Positions 40,301 to 49,925 of a stretch of 63,232 nucleotides of DNA are shown piece after piece. Position 1 is the stretch's first letter. Every line of letters begins with the position of its first letter. This stretch comes from Bacilli bacterium (GTDB taxonomy: Bacteria; Bacillota_I; Bacilli_A; RF39; UBA660). Where the stretch lies: assembly GCA_017515795.1 (NCBI GenBank), contig JAFWEE010000002.1:1-63232 (forward strand). Reading direction: 5' to 3'. Both the position numbers and the translations under genes were made by a program. Below the pieces are notes generated by a model. That model saw only the letters and a list, made by a program, of their open reading frames with translations, did not search any database and was not told where the DNA came from.

Positions 40301-41116
40301 AATAATACAGAATCTGCTTATTTAACATTAATAACTAATAATGACCCTAGAGTTGCTATGGTTAATGGTATTAACTATTCTTCATTACAACAAGCAATTA
40401 ATAAGAGTGTAATGAACTGTTCAACTGGTATTTGTCCAGATGTAACTATTTACTTAAATATTGAATTAGATGCTGATTTAACAATTACAGATGGATATTC
40501 AGTAAATATTAATTCAAATGGATTCTCTATTAGAACAAATGACTTTATTGTACCAAGTTCTATTACATTAGATGGTAATCCAATAGTAGATCCAAATGCT
40601 AGTGGAGATATCGTTAATGGTATTAGAGGACTTCTTGGATTAGATCCAAATGCTAAGAATGTACTAATCTATGAAATGAGTGATGGTTCAAATCTTAGTA
40701 CAGATAACCATTATAGATTATATTCATATGAAAATGGTGAATATGAACTTGTAACTATGGAAAAAGGTGATGAAGTTGCTAGATATACTCCTGGTAATGG
40801 AATTACTAATATGAAACCAATTAAAGGTAGATTATATCTAACAAATATTAAACCTGGTAGTTATAAGGTTTCTGACGATAATGGTTCTGAAGTAACATTT
40901 ACAATAGCAGATGATGGAACTTTAAGTGGACATGTTAAAGAATATGTTCCAAGTGATAAAGTAATTGAATCAACTGGAACTGCTAAATTAATTATTTCTA
41001 TTCAAACAGGAATAAGAAGAGTTAATTACATGTTTATAGCTATATCTCTAATAGCTGTTCTATCAATAATGTTTGTATTAAAAAGAAAAAGTCAGAATAA
41101 TAAAAATCTAGTTTAA
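28370..41116 (+). CDS. Giant (~4250 aa) surface adhesin-like protein: Cna/SdrD-B-like domain, DUF11-like domain, 6 InlB B-repeats, Ig/FN3-like domains, repeated beta-helix-like modules, C-terminal IQTG-TM-basic tail
   Basis: One uninterrupted ORF; GGAGGAG RBS before ATG 28370; TNSEGIYTFSDIEPDTYTV, YKITVQNTG..DELPEGLSF, GYTFCGW..DFNTPVT repeats. Confidence 0.85.
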   Translation: MKKLKKGKVIAASLIVLLVGVIVGVISLSKYDKYAGLVKVNNAKLSSISTKLSANISDLSEENEIYTKGYDEVVYKIKYKLSEVPGDRDVIINAKIDENDPYARFKNLTGNNISSVLSSNGKEITITLSNLPSNEEIESKLILLIENAPKGYTVSPIVRIKESTEDSYTNVSVRAVTVNTNSLQGYVTDESGAKVPNIIVSLKKNNEIIKETYTNSEGIYTFSDIEPDTYTVFINEEIYENLSVGNLVIDDAYQLNLIVRRVEPYNIETNKYITKVELNNLGINKNYTYNDVTLAQIPVKRVDDLHGKIYYKITVQNTGGKEGIISSVRDELPEGLSFDESLNSGYELKDGIIYNRNLEGLTLRAGEQISDTLVLTIENTNVAKTYINKVNARGELYEHVVYLLNGSTYKTLDVLEGEKIEDLPVNNNNFSGWYTDEKLTNKYNFTLPVEKDLILYGVTQTKHTVVFNDKDPETLVETEYDRQEVPNGEKADEPTPEPSHTGYTFCGWDTENGTHWDFNTPVTTDLTLTSCYEINSYKVEFYDNSMNEGGLFELIDTVNKVYKSVIASSEAPDLTNAWAGHTFLKWTTDQAGQNAYDFTSLITGDIKLYAQYTLQDRLFIFDDEGRITNKTVNYGDTVSPIADQGKDGHTFRHWSLEQNGNTAFDFSTRIYQNTRVYAVYDINKYDVVFNDTDPWTGTTTEYDRQLVSHGSKADEPTPEPTKEGHSFCGWLLNGSAYDFDTPVTSSITLTSCYTKNKVHVTFMDGDNQYAVKEVDYGDTVTDTDTHPSKEHYIFKFWSEDNTNGFDYSTQIKADKTLYSVYEEVLPPEISHVPLYWTNDKVLVTVSSSNPNYTYKYKVDNGTYQDYTEPFELTTNSTIVAKSIYETVESTLTSHEVTNIDKLNPTIDSVVTTPSLNSIVVNASLIDNESGVASINIYKDGVLATTISGTAVNADLRDYTKTKSINYTLSGLENNTPYTIKVEVFDGAGNKTETTVTETTATPEIVARIISIDGVPLNEQDYIEFPLLALAIADTNCETECVIQMVKSTNESVSILDGQDITLDLNGKTVAGVVPGYTVSNNGEFTLIDNAETAGGLINRSGIAILNNQGATLTLGVGSSEKPADEYDIRTVSTTVPYVFGETYGIYSENNSELRFFDGLVSGTDSIYGEVTETEYSYNVNVPPVGQGEYEEASLSQLDNPEARINRSVYYSNVANAMGDTASGVDTSTTTSTSFLTGFEHSDKDESTANYQTVSGYDYEYDPDTDTLYSTNNIYGSKAFTSTTIDLTGYSDDQLLDIKYNITENSDGSKGTPYLTVTCVSGPCYPENLMQYSSGEYLYRLRKGAVYNIELSFTQPVQIVKANVNTYPSGGYSVIAPSQYADSQMIITSATLSTETQGSGEHTAYNNGIAFHGFYYDSATDTLRSGNQYPQSQKDSYAESYIEIDLTGKTGTYELSVSASMESYYYSYGRVYVAEAPTNPVQYYSSMNLLYFNSSYMSHRNGSESFYDYTPGYSKVGPFTGTQTLQGGKKYYVNFHYQQQNFSSASQAEFENNNISDQFIIDRISVVKTNVVEAVDIPNEMVGNAFDLDTDFRYRGELGYYGLTSNRFGEYHDSYIKVDLTDAPFDKILEIDAPWLYSNIGAIYITSNNRGLTNEYINANRYNMLMYKDDYDVNKSYPYMNYTYLGTPSTYNYLLEKGNVYYIHFNAQSGFDSSYYPNCNVDPNNSNCGIYLKGINIKNVAEKILDFGSNPINYGTVDYDSLPEDNHTITQSNGDSVNLRSQNVEFVYDAETKTFNTPHPLGQYIVAYYTTTIDTTNEANPVVYSFTANYQGGNNASVAYYTTDQNVPPDIDPRGNTTYPSVPYQYVNTYSPAYYSFEPGHIYYFYHYVTGTGNTTASFKLIKLDKVDETVNYTKYNKIITFNENVDEVQILKNIDLQSSIAVSETKETVLDLNGYKITSSLSDPIINNNGKLTIIDSKYETQTGDNKVHEGILESSAGDIIRNNGELTIKDCEIQVNTTSQSYAGINNNGTLYFDSDGNTKIYVNKMYSIGINNNGKIYSAMSPVEIVMNYKNQVEQNSSLYREIGSTSTYAIGLKNESGAYLNVGGLKITGKNSTGLSNSYRGVAVLRYANINVDINQYDKDYDPDNTNYKRWPYEYVYRSSNTYYPVITDYSIRNDGILTITDGSNISGRTYNGSEMLTFNSSRFGQLIAQNYSKTFDNSSLIENAWIEGDSTFENNGLVQNTLYNYGNAEATNGWSNTSIINNYGNFDGAQGTYNIINNYNNGTMSFKNASAKHILNQGKEITISTTTIDSTGSGYNEAIENSGILNLDFGAAVISDGAYGIINIPLAIPTENKYYNQSYAERKYTSYTYKQLELNIGTDLNNPGNVSITGADYGVTGNCYQKAYKKYFADNRYENERFKDINFIKYLDGSTEPIKESEYDQSLCIVNMYSGNITATNYPNVPSRAIDLAISNTIDNSYTYWNNGLHVTTKAAAEASNKTVTVAKIGSTEYVSVQDAVDSAPSGTPTTIDVLGYTDVSRVVIPEGKDITLNFENGHNSFLYARNGSFENNGTLTVTGTGQIIGYNKYIFDNNGTATFNNGTYISGPLYSFNEVALVNNKGNATINNGSYNYIDMYNTKNLTINNGSFIDSIIIGNGANSVSTIKGGYYGAPSTDRNNFYYDFSLTRDTVQNSTKRHIFELVNGATAVVDGLNTSSDSRYNSSNIRPFARLDASNMILRNGNVTAGAFDTSTYIVADNNSNVTFESGTYDNIHVNNYSSTVNVLDGNLTGTDNLDLITMQGISPVTNVVGGNLTSPGIAIGVTNYTVDPDSTYYDENWQRVSDDYSYEINIGTKGDRDANNKIICTKTSPIIRGANYGISTYGTADSYAGFLGFYDGTVKGIDDVFSISVDEIEEDYEVISDTEVIDSSTYNIKYLDQLDLVHNNNKNVNYKSFQQAFDEADSGDVLETLRSYTNTSNTPTITIANTANFTLKVNYPITSNNIKFIENNGNVTIEGKKVSNYKDITTNVAGTVFDNKGTLTLNNLSMSNIKGNPAGTAGVTSRDIIINNSGATLNVNGTYMETVQHTFINNSGTLNVDKYGTASCYDTAIFKVLYEPGAEPCTNATIPIINSGTADLDYVTIDSDTYCRLLTNSGTMTIDNSTFNQSSSSYEPNVSVYGSVGGQVISNGSSLSISNSNLIYSPSSASYNRGEYSNSYTYYDNSYITNSGNLVIDSCKAETSIDGFIKEYGNSNAATQTSIINSTIHNNSYGIIDGDYDVTNTINITNSNISTRDSIIEGYRYYSYHSWSEYSSFAFYVPSNNEKNSVININGGTYTSSGRLGAFNSTGSYTPMSGVTYSTMCSSGSMDSNELDVSSRYFDYNGDDWDPGHVEAYTNTITNTGTLNVSDATITMNLDVSIPSMGHYDRMRWYLYKDTINNQNYSSSISKNNMAVITTFGTANIVNSTVSISNSDSQNAIHGRGNDAELVLGVKDGTYDNQKPYIYSKAVTPIMNLDNIKFYDGVIESYGNIKQSNFADKETGYVITGDDNKVYLSKEKVIKNVTQDIEYTSIKDAVTAANNNDELKLLKPSFKSSSADDVTLNNKNITLDLNNKKTSVEFNLTGTSKLTVYDSTGGTDSRLFVNTNDSSTLDISSGNGIINANDNSIVNVNGDINYEINTYDSATLNITNSTVDRFTDDSGSQVNHWITISESSSINITDSTVDRIDLYDTATISTTCSTNNSVTFDWLENFSTANNTITCGSFIYGIYNGDNNNPVQSNLTLSNVNASSINNRYESTININNSSTTSITNYGTATINNSTATGYVENNKYISGSTTRMDVVDSTLNYSVESCFTYETEHTGNCITNFTNTTINGTVTNYKNSTMTIIGGSITKGITNSGTLTIGTKNSQIDTTSPEISYYLDNYGNGNKYGLKNSTSGTVNFYDGIITGTTDTGAIVGLINDIEPNYKISVVDNGNNTESAYLTLITNNDPRVAMVNGINYSSLQQAINKSVMNCSTGICPDVTIYLNIELDADLTITDGYSVNINSNGFSIRTNDFIVPSSITLDGNPIVDPNASGDIVNGIRGLLGLDPNAKNVLIYEMSDGSNLSTDNHYRLYSYENGEYELVTMEKGDEVARYTPGNGITNMKPIKGRLYLTNIKPGSYKVSDDNGSEVTFTIADDGTLSGHVKEYVPSDKVIESTGTAKLIISIQTGIRRVNYMFIAISLIAVLSIMFVLKRKSQNNKNLV
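29563..30840 (+). repeat. Six tandem InlB B-repeat (Flg_new-like) units
   Basis: V.F....G....P.P.K.G(Y/H)TF..W....(Y/F)DF...(V/I)..D.TL.A.Y pattern; units 2 and 5 share GAATATGATAGACAA, GATGAACCTACACCAGAACC and a Cys pair. Confidence 0.85.
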
Positions 41117-41143
41117 AACTAGATTTTTTTATGTTATAATTTT
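41102..41143 (+). repeat. Terminator/promoter unit, right copy of the direct repeat (overlaps the giant-gene stop; likely ruvA promoter)
   Basis: AAAAATCTAGT-ttaaa-ACTAGATTTTTTTAT-GTTATAATTTT. Confidence 0.7.
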
Positions 41144-41158
41144 TATAGGTGATAACAT

Positions 41159-41707
41159 ATGTTCGAGTATATAAAAGGTATAGTAACAGAGATTAACTCT
41201 GGTTATATAGTAGTAGATAATAATGGTATTGGATACTTAGTATATGTATCTAATCCATATTCATTTACTGAAAATAAAGAATATAAAATTTATTTATATC
41301 AAAAAGTAGCTGAAGATGAAAACTCTTTATATGGATTTAAGACTAAAGAAGATAAAGATATGTTTTTAAGATTAATTAGTGTTAAAGGACTAGGACCTAA
41401 AACTGCATTATCATTATTTTCTGTTGGATCATTAGATACATTAGTAGATGCTATTGAAAGGGAAGATATTAATTATATTAAGAAGTTTCCTAAAATAGGA
41501 GATAAAGTGGCTAGACAAATAATACTAGATCTTAAGGGAAAATTAGTTTCTAAAGAGAATAATATAGTAGAGGATACTGAGTTAGTAGAAGCTTTAAAAG
41601 CTTTAGGATATAAAGCATCTGATATTAAGAGTATCTTACCTAAAATAGATAATAAATTATCTATAGAAGAAAGAATTAAACAAGGATTAAAATTATTACT
41701 AAAATAG
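41159..41707 (+). CDS. ruvA: Holliday junction branch migration protein RuvA
   Basis: [36 protein letters not shown]. Confidence 0.96.
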   Translation: MFEYIKGIVTEINSGYIVVDNNGIGYLVYVSNPYSFTENKEYKIYLYQKVAEDENSLYGFKTKEDKDMFLRLISVKGLGPKTALSLFSVGSLDTLVDAIEREDINYIKKFPKIGDKVARQIILDLKGKLVSKENNIVEDTELVEALKALGYKASDIKSILPKIDNKLSIEERIKQGLKLLLK

Positions 41708-41720
41708 AAAGGAATTAATT

Positions 41721-42731
41721 ATGGATGAAAGAATAGAAGATCCTAATATTATATTAGGTGATGATGAAGAAAGATTAAGACCTAGATATTTAAAAGAATA
41801 TATTGGACAAAGAGACGTTAAAGACAATTTAAAGGTGTTTATAGAGGCCTCTAAGATGAGAAATGAACCATTAGACCATGTATTATTATATGGGCCTCCA
41901 GGACTAGGAAAAACTACTTTAGCATATATAATAGCTAATGAACTTGGGAGAAATATAAAGACTGCATCTGGTCCATCTATAGAGAAGTCTGGTGATTTAG
42001 CAGCTATACTATCTTCTTTAGAAGAAGGAGATGTACTTTTTATAGATGAAATTCATAGAATGCCTAGATTTATAGAAGAAATCTTATATCCTGCTATGGA
42101 AGACTTTTCTTTAGATATAGTAATAGGTTCTGATGGATCCAGTCGAAGTATTAAAATAGATTTACCTCCATTTACTTTAGTAGGAGCCACTACTAGAGCA
42201 GGAGATTTATCTTCTCCACTTAGAGATAGATTTGGAATAATATCAAAGTTAGATTATTATTCAATAAATGATTTATGTACAATAGTTAAAAGAACTGCGT
42301 CAGTATTTGATATAGAAATAGATGATGATGCAGCATATGAAATAGCTAAAAGAAGTAGAGGTACTCCAAGAATAGCTAATAGATTACTTAAAAGAGTTAG
42401 AGACTTTGCTTTAGTAGAGGGTACAGGCAAAATAGACCTTGAAATAACTGAATCTTCTTTAAGAAAATTAAAGGTTGACTCTGAAGGATTAGATGTAACA
42501 GATCATAACTTACTTAAATCTATTATTTATAAGTTTAATGGTGGTCCAGTAGGAATAGATGCTTTAGCATCTTCTATAGGAGAAGAAGTAACTACTATTG
42601 AAGATGTCTATGAACCATATTTACTTCAAAATGGTTATTTAAAGAGAACTTCTAGAGGTAGAGTAGTAACTGAAAAAGCATATAAACAATTAGGGATAGA
42701 CTTCCAAAAGAATTTATTTGATGAAGAATAA
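41721..42731 (+). CDS. ruvB: Holliday junction DNA helicase RuvB
   Basis: [35 protein letters not shown]. Confidence 0.98.
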   Translation: MDERIEDPNIILGDDEERLRPRYLKEYIGQRDVKDNLKVFIEASKMRNEPLDHVLLYGPPGLGKTTLAYIIANELGRNIKTASGPSIEKSGDLAAILSSLEEGDVLFIDEIHRMPRFIEEILYPAMEDFSLDIVIGSDGSSRSIKIDLPPFTLVGATTRAGDLSSPLRDRFGIISKLDYYSINDLCTIVKRTASVFDIEIDDDAAYEIAKRSRGTPRIANRLLKRVRDFALVEGTGKIDLEITESSLRKLKVDSEGLDVTDHNLLKSIIYKFNGGPVGIDALASSIGEEVTTIEDVYEPYLLQNGYLKRTSRGRVVTEKAYKQLGIDFQKNLFDEE

Positions 42732-42792
42732 AAAACATATATTTATATATGTTTTTTTATTCTTTTATAGTATAATATCTTTGGTGATTTTT

Positions 42793-44939
<2,147 letters not shown>

Positions 44940-45020
44940 GTTTTAAAACTTGTATTTTTTTTGTATAATTATTATTAGAGAAAAGAATATTAAAGGAATA
45001 TAGAAGTAGGAGATGGATTT

Positions 45021-47747
45021 ATGAACACTTTAATTATTTGCGGAATTATATTAGCAGTTTATTTAGTATATTCTTTTGCAATTTCAAAACTATTAAGAAA
45101 GGTTAATCAAAAATGGTATTTAGGATATATACCAGTTATTAATTTTATTAAACTATTAGAATTAGCAGATTATAAATGGTATAACATTTTTAAATTTATT
45201 ATACCTTTAGGAGTTCTTGCTATATGTTATTTTGGCGGCTTTAAAGAACAATTTATTTATTTAATAGAAGGTTTTTCTGCATTATGTTTTATTTGGTATC
45301 TAATAATGCTTAAATATAGACTTTCAAAGAAATTTAATAAAGGATTATTATTTACAATTATATTTGCTATTATTCCTTTATTTCCATTTGTTTTATTATC
45401 ATTTGATAATAGTAAATATGATTATAAATTAGAATTTACATCTGTAAGAGCTAAATTCTTAACAGTATTTTTAACAGTATTTTCTTTAGTAGTAGGATTT
45501 ACTATTTTAATACCTACAGTATTTGATAATATTACTAAAGGATTAGATTTAGCTGGTGGATTTGAAATACTTTATAAGATATCACCTGCTGAAGAAGGTG
45601 TTGAACTTACTAGTTCAATGGTAGAAGATACTTATAGAACAATGGTTAGAAGAATAGATGCACTAGGTGTATCTGAACCTGAAATTACTATTGAGGGTAA
45701 AGATAAGATAAGAGTTAAACTTGCTGGTATTTCTGATGTAGATACTGCAAGAAACTATATTACATTAGCTGGTGAATTAACATTTAGAGATTCATCTGAT
45801 AAGAAATTAATGGGTAAAGAAGTACTTAGTAGTTCTATGGCTGCTAAAGTATCAAAAGATGATAGTGGTAGACCAGCAGTATTATTAAATGTTAAAGATA
45901 CTGATACATTCTATAATGTTACTACTGATATATCTAAATCAAATGATAGACTTATTGTTATTTGGCTAGATTATGATTCTGCTACAGATAGTTATAAGAC
46001 AGCTAATTGTGGTAACTTTGAAAATTTAGTAGATGCTAAATGTTTATCAGCAGCTACAGTATCACAAGGATTTAGTAGTAACGTTATTATTCAAGGTAAC
46101 TTTACTGAAGAACAAGTTGAAAACTTAGTTGATTTAATTAACTCAGGATCAAATAATGTTAAGTTTAAAGAGATTTCTTCACAAACAGTTGGATCTGCTT
46201 TTGGAGAAAACTCATTAGATAAAACTAAGATTGCTGGAGTAATTGGTATTGCTCTTATAATTGCATTTATGATATTTGTTTATAACTTTAATGGATTTAT
46301 ATCATCAAGTGTTATTCTTGTATATGCATTCTTTACATTCTTAATCTATTACTTAATAGATGGAGTACTTACATTACCTGGTATTGCAGCATTAGTACTT
46401 GGTGTTGGTATGGCAGTAGATGCTAATGTTATTACAGCAGAAAGAATTAAAGAGGAACTTAGAAAAGGTAAATCTTTAAAAGATGCTTATAAGAATGGTG
46501 TTAAGAATTCATTTAGTTCAATATTAGACTCAAACGTAACTACATTTATAGTGGCCGTTATATTATTTATGTTTGGTACAAGTTCTGTTAAAGGATTTGC
46601 AACAATGTTAATGATAAACATTGCTATGACTATGCTTATTGTAGTATTAGTTACTAGAATTATTACTTACGCATTTATAAATACAGGATTCTTTAATAAT
46701 AGAGTTAAACTATTTATTAATCAAAGTAAAAAAGAAATAGTTAAGTCTACTGAAAGAGTAGATTCTAGATTTGAAAAAAAAGTTAAATTTAACTTTACTA
46801 AGAACTTTAAAAAGTTAATTATACTTCCAATTATATTATTATTAGTTGTTGTATCATTTGCAGTATTTAAAGGATTTAATTTTGGTATAGACTTTACTGG
46901 TGGTACAGATATTACTGTAACTGCTAAGAGTGCTTCTCTAAAAGATATTAATAAGACTGTTAAAGGTCTTGGATATAATATTATTGAATCAAGTGAAGCT
47001 GATGATAATTATTATGTTAAAGTATCTGAAATACTTACTGAAGATAAAGTTACTAATACTAAGAATACTATTAGTGAAAAATATAATGCTTCAGTAGATA
47101 TTTCTGTAGTATCTAATATGGTTAAGAAAGACCTTATTAAGAATGCTATTAAAGCTTTATTAATAGCTTTAATAGGTATAATTCTATATATTACTATTAG
47201 ATATAAGTTTAGTTATGCTTTAGCAGCTATACTTGCATTATTACATGATTCAATCATGGTAATTATGTTATTTTCAATTTTTAGAGTAGAAATTAATTCT
47301 ATCTTTGTAGCAGCTATCCTAACTATAATTGGTTATTCAATCAATAATACAATAGTTATATTTGATAGATTAAGAGAAAATATTAAGAAGTATTATATGT
47401 CTAAGGAGTTTGATGAAACTAAACTTAGAGAAATAGCTAATAGAAGTATTAAAGAAACATTACTTAGATCTATTAATACAACACTTACAACATTACTTCC
47501 AATTATATGTTTAATAGTATTTGGATCTAGAGAAATAATTGAATTTAATATAGCTATTACTATGGGATTAATAGTAGGTTTATTCTCATCAGTATTCTTA
47601 TCTTGTTCAATAATGATTATTATTGAAAGAATGATTACTAAGAATAAGATTAAGAAAGCAAAGAAAGTACCTAAGAAAGATACTAAAAAGAAAAAAGAAA
47701 CTAAAAGAAAGGTTCAAGAATTAAGCGTAAAAGGAATTAATGCTTAA
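45021..47747 (+). CDS. secDF: Protein translocase SecDF fusion with extra N-terminal membrane domain
   Basis: GLDLAGG, RRIDALGVSEP, LTLPGIA, GMAVDAN, GIDFTGG, IGYSIN..FDRLRE. Confidence 0.93.
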   Translation: MNTLIICGIILAVYLVYSFAISKLLRKVNQKWYLGYIPVINFIKLLELADYKWYNIFKFIIPLGVLAICYFGGFKEQFIYLIEGFSALCFIWYLIMLKYRLSKKFNKGLLFTIIFAIIPLFPFVLLSFDNSKYDYKLEFTSVRAKFLTVFLTVFSLVVGFTILIPTVFDNITKGLDLAGGFEILYKISPAEEGVELTSSMVEDTYRTMVRRIDALGVSEPEITIEGKDKIRVKLAGISDVDTARNYITLAGELTFRDSSDKKLMGKEVLSSSMAAKVSKDDSGRPAVLLNVKDTDTFYNVTTDISKSNDRLIVIWLDYDSATDSYKTANCGNFENLVDAKCLSAATVSQGFSSNVIIQGNFTEEQVENLVDLINSGSNNVKFKEISSQTVGSAFGENSLDKTKIAGVIGIALIIAFMIFVYNFNGFISSSVILVYAFFTFLIYYLIDGVLTLPGIAALVLGVGMAVDANVITAERIKEELRKGKSLKDAYKNGVKNSFSSILDSNVTTFIVAVILFMFGTSSVKGFATMLMINIAMTMLIVVLVTRIITYAFINTGFFNNRVKLFINQSKKEIVKSTERVDSRFEKKVKFNFTKNFKKLIILPIILLLVVVSFAVFKGFNFGIDFTGGTDITVTAKSASLKDINKTVKGLGYNIIESSEADDNYYVKVSEILTEDKVTNTKNTISEKYNASVDISVVSNMVKKDLIKNAIKALLIALIGIILYITIRYKFSYALAAILALLHDSIMVIMLFSIFRVEINSIFVAAILTIIGYSINNTIVIFDRLRENIKKYYMSKEFDETKLREIANRSIKETLLRSINTTLTTLLPIICLIVFGSREIIEFNIAITMGLIVGLFSSVFLSCSIMIIIERMITKNKIKKAKKVPKKDTKKKKETKRKVQELSVKGINA

Positions 47748-47774
47748 TTCTTTTTTCTCAGGAAGGAGAATAAA

Positions 47775-49925
47775 ATGGATACAAAACTCGAAATAGATAA
47801 TATTTCTGAGCTTATAACTGCAGTTAAAGAATATATTGATGATGAATCAGAAATAGAAAATATTAAGAAAGCATATGAATATGCTTCAGTTATTCATAAA
47901 AATGATATTAGACTTAGTGGAGAAGAATATATGCATCACCCACTTAATGTTGCATATAATTTAACTAAATTGAATGCTGATTCTGATACATTATGTGCAT
48001 CTTTATTACATGATACTATTTATATAGGTAATGCTTCATTAGATGACATTAGAGCTAAGTTTGGTGATGATATAGCAGATCTAGTAGATGGTATTACTAA
48101 GATTAATAAACTAAATTTATCAGCTGATTCAGAAGATCATATTAAATACTATAAAAAGATTATAGTAGGTCTTTCTGAAGATGTACGTATAATAATTATT
48201 AAACTTGCTGAAAGATGCCAAAATATGAGAACTCTTTGGGCAATACCAGAAGATAAACGTAGAGAAAAATCTAAAGAAACTTTAGAAATATTAGTTCCTA
48301 TAGCTCATAGATTAGGACTTGGAGAACTCAAAACAGAACTTGAAGTATTATCTCTAAAGTATTATAAGCCAAATGAATTTATATCAGTTGAAGAACAATT
48401 AGATAATACTGAAGAAGAAAGACAAGCAATAGTAGACAATATGATTGAAGAAGTTTCTAAACTTCTAGATGAAAATGATATAGACTATGAAATAAAGGGT
48501 AGAGCTAAGAGTATTTACTCAATATATAATAAACTATGTAAGGGTAAGAAATTCTCTGAAATATACGATTTATATGCCCTTAGAGTGCTTGTTAATACTA
48601 TTCCTGAATGTTATCAAGTAATGGGTATTATTCATTCAGTATTTAAACCAATGCCAAAGAGAATTAAAGACTATATAGCTAATCCTAAAACAAATATGTA
48701 TCAATCTATTCATACAACAGTATTTGGACCATATGATAAATTATATGAAATTCAAATAAGAACATATGAAATGGATAGAATAGCAGAAAAAGGAATAGCA
48801 TCTCATTGGTCTTATAAAGAAAAAGGTAAAAGTATTCAAGACTCTATGGAACAAAAACTTCAAATGTTTAGAAATATTATGGAGATTAGTGAAGAAAATG
48901 AGTCTGCTAATGAATTTGTTAATAGAGTTAAAGATGAAGTGTTAAGTGATAGTATATATGTATATACTCCTAGAGGAGATGTATTTGAACTTCCTAAAGG
49001 AAGTACTCCAATAGATTTTGCTTATAAAGTCCATTCTGGTGTAGGTGAAACTATGGTAGGAGCCCTAGTAAATGATTCTATTGCTAAAATGGATCAAATA
49101 TTAGAGTCAGGAGATATAGTTAAAATAATAACTAATAAGAATGCAACTCCATCTATAGAATGGCTTAATATGGCTAAAACTTCTCAAGCAAGAAGTAAAA
49201 TAAAAGCATATTTTACTAAAATGGATAAAGAAGAAGCTATTATTAAAGGTAAAGATTTATTCTTAAAGGAGATTAGAAGAAGAAAAGAATCTATTAATGA
49301 AATAATGGATAGATTAGATAATATTTTAACTAGTTTAAATCTTGAAAATGAAGATGATTTATATTATTCAATTGGTATAGGTAAATATACTTCTGTACAA
49401 GCAGTTAATAGTGCATTTAAGGAAGAGGAATCTAAAGAAGACTTTGTTTTAGATAAAATACTTAATAAAAATAGACCTGTTGAAGATCATAAGAATGATA
49501 TATTAGTTAGTGGTATTAAAGATATTAAGGTAACACTTGCTAAGGGATGTAATCCTATTAAAGGAGATCCAATAATAGGCTATATTTCAAGAGGAAATGG
49601 TGTAATAGTACATCATAAAGAATGTAAGAATATACTTCAAATAGAAGATAGAATGATAGATGTTAAATGGAATGAAAATATTAATAAGAAGTTTGAAACT
49701 AAAGTACATATTGTAGCAAGTAATAATGAGAATACTTTAGTAGATATTATTAATATTGCGTCTTCAAATAATATATCCGTTTCAAAAATTAATACTATAT
49801 ATAATATGGATACAAATACATTTGAATTAACTATTAAAGTAAGTGATGTTGATACATTAAATAAATTTTTTGCTAATTTAAGAAGAAATAATAATATTAA
49901 ATTAGTAGAAAGGATATTTGTATGA
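47775..49925 (+). CDS. rel: Long RSH (p)ppGpp synthetase/hydrolase Rel (HD-SYNTH-TGS-ZBD-ACT)
   Basis: RLSGEEY, LLHD, KDYIANPK, YQSIHT, EIQIRT, TPIDFAY. Confidence 0.95.
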   Translation: MDTKLEIDNISELITAVKEYIDDESEIENIKKAYEYASVIHKNDIRLSGEEYMHHPLNVAYNLTKLNADSDTLCASLLHDTIYIGNASLDDIRAKFGDDIADLVDGITKINKLNLSADSEDHIKYYKKIIVGLSEDVRIIIIKLAERCQNMRTLWAIPEDKRREKSKETLEILVPIAHRLGLGELKTELEVLSLKYYKPNEFISVEEQLDNTEEERQAIVDNMIEEVSKLLDENDIDYEIKGRAKSIYSIYNKLCKGKKFSEIYDLYALRVLVNTIPECYQVMGIIHSVFKPMPKRIKDYIANPKTNMYQSIHTTVFGPYDKLYEIQIRTYEMDRIAEKGIASHWSYKEKGKSIQDSMEQKLQMFRNIMEISEENESANEFVNRVKDEVLSDSIYVYTPRGDVFELPKGSTPIDFAYKVHSGVGETMVGALVNDSIAKMDQILESGDIVKIITNKNATPSIEWLNMAKTSQARSKIKAYFTKMDKEEAIIKGKDLFLKEIRRRKESINEIMDRLDNILTSLNLENEDDLYYSIGIGKYTSVQAVNSAFKEEESKEDFVLDKILNKNRPVEDHKNDILVSGIKDIKVTLAKGCNPIKGDPIIGYISRGNGVIVHHKECKNILQIEDRMIDVKWNENINKKFETKVHIVASNNENTLVDIINIASSNNISVSKINTIYNMDTNTFELTIKVSDVDTLNKFFANLRRNNNIKLVERIFV

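Noticed and set aside
42718-42792. Hydrophobic N-terminal extension on QueA in the ORF track
   Set aside because: Artefact of an upstream start; the region contains a TATAAT and a GGTGA RBS for ATG 42793
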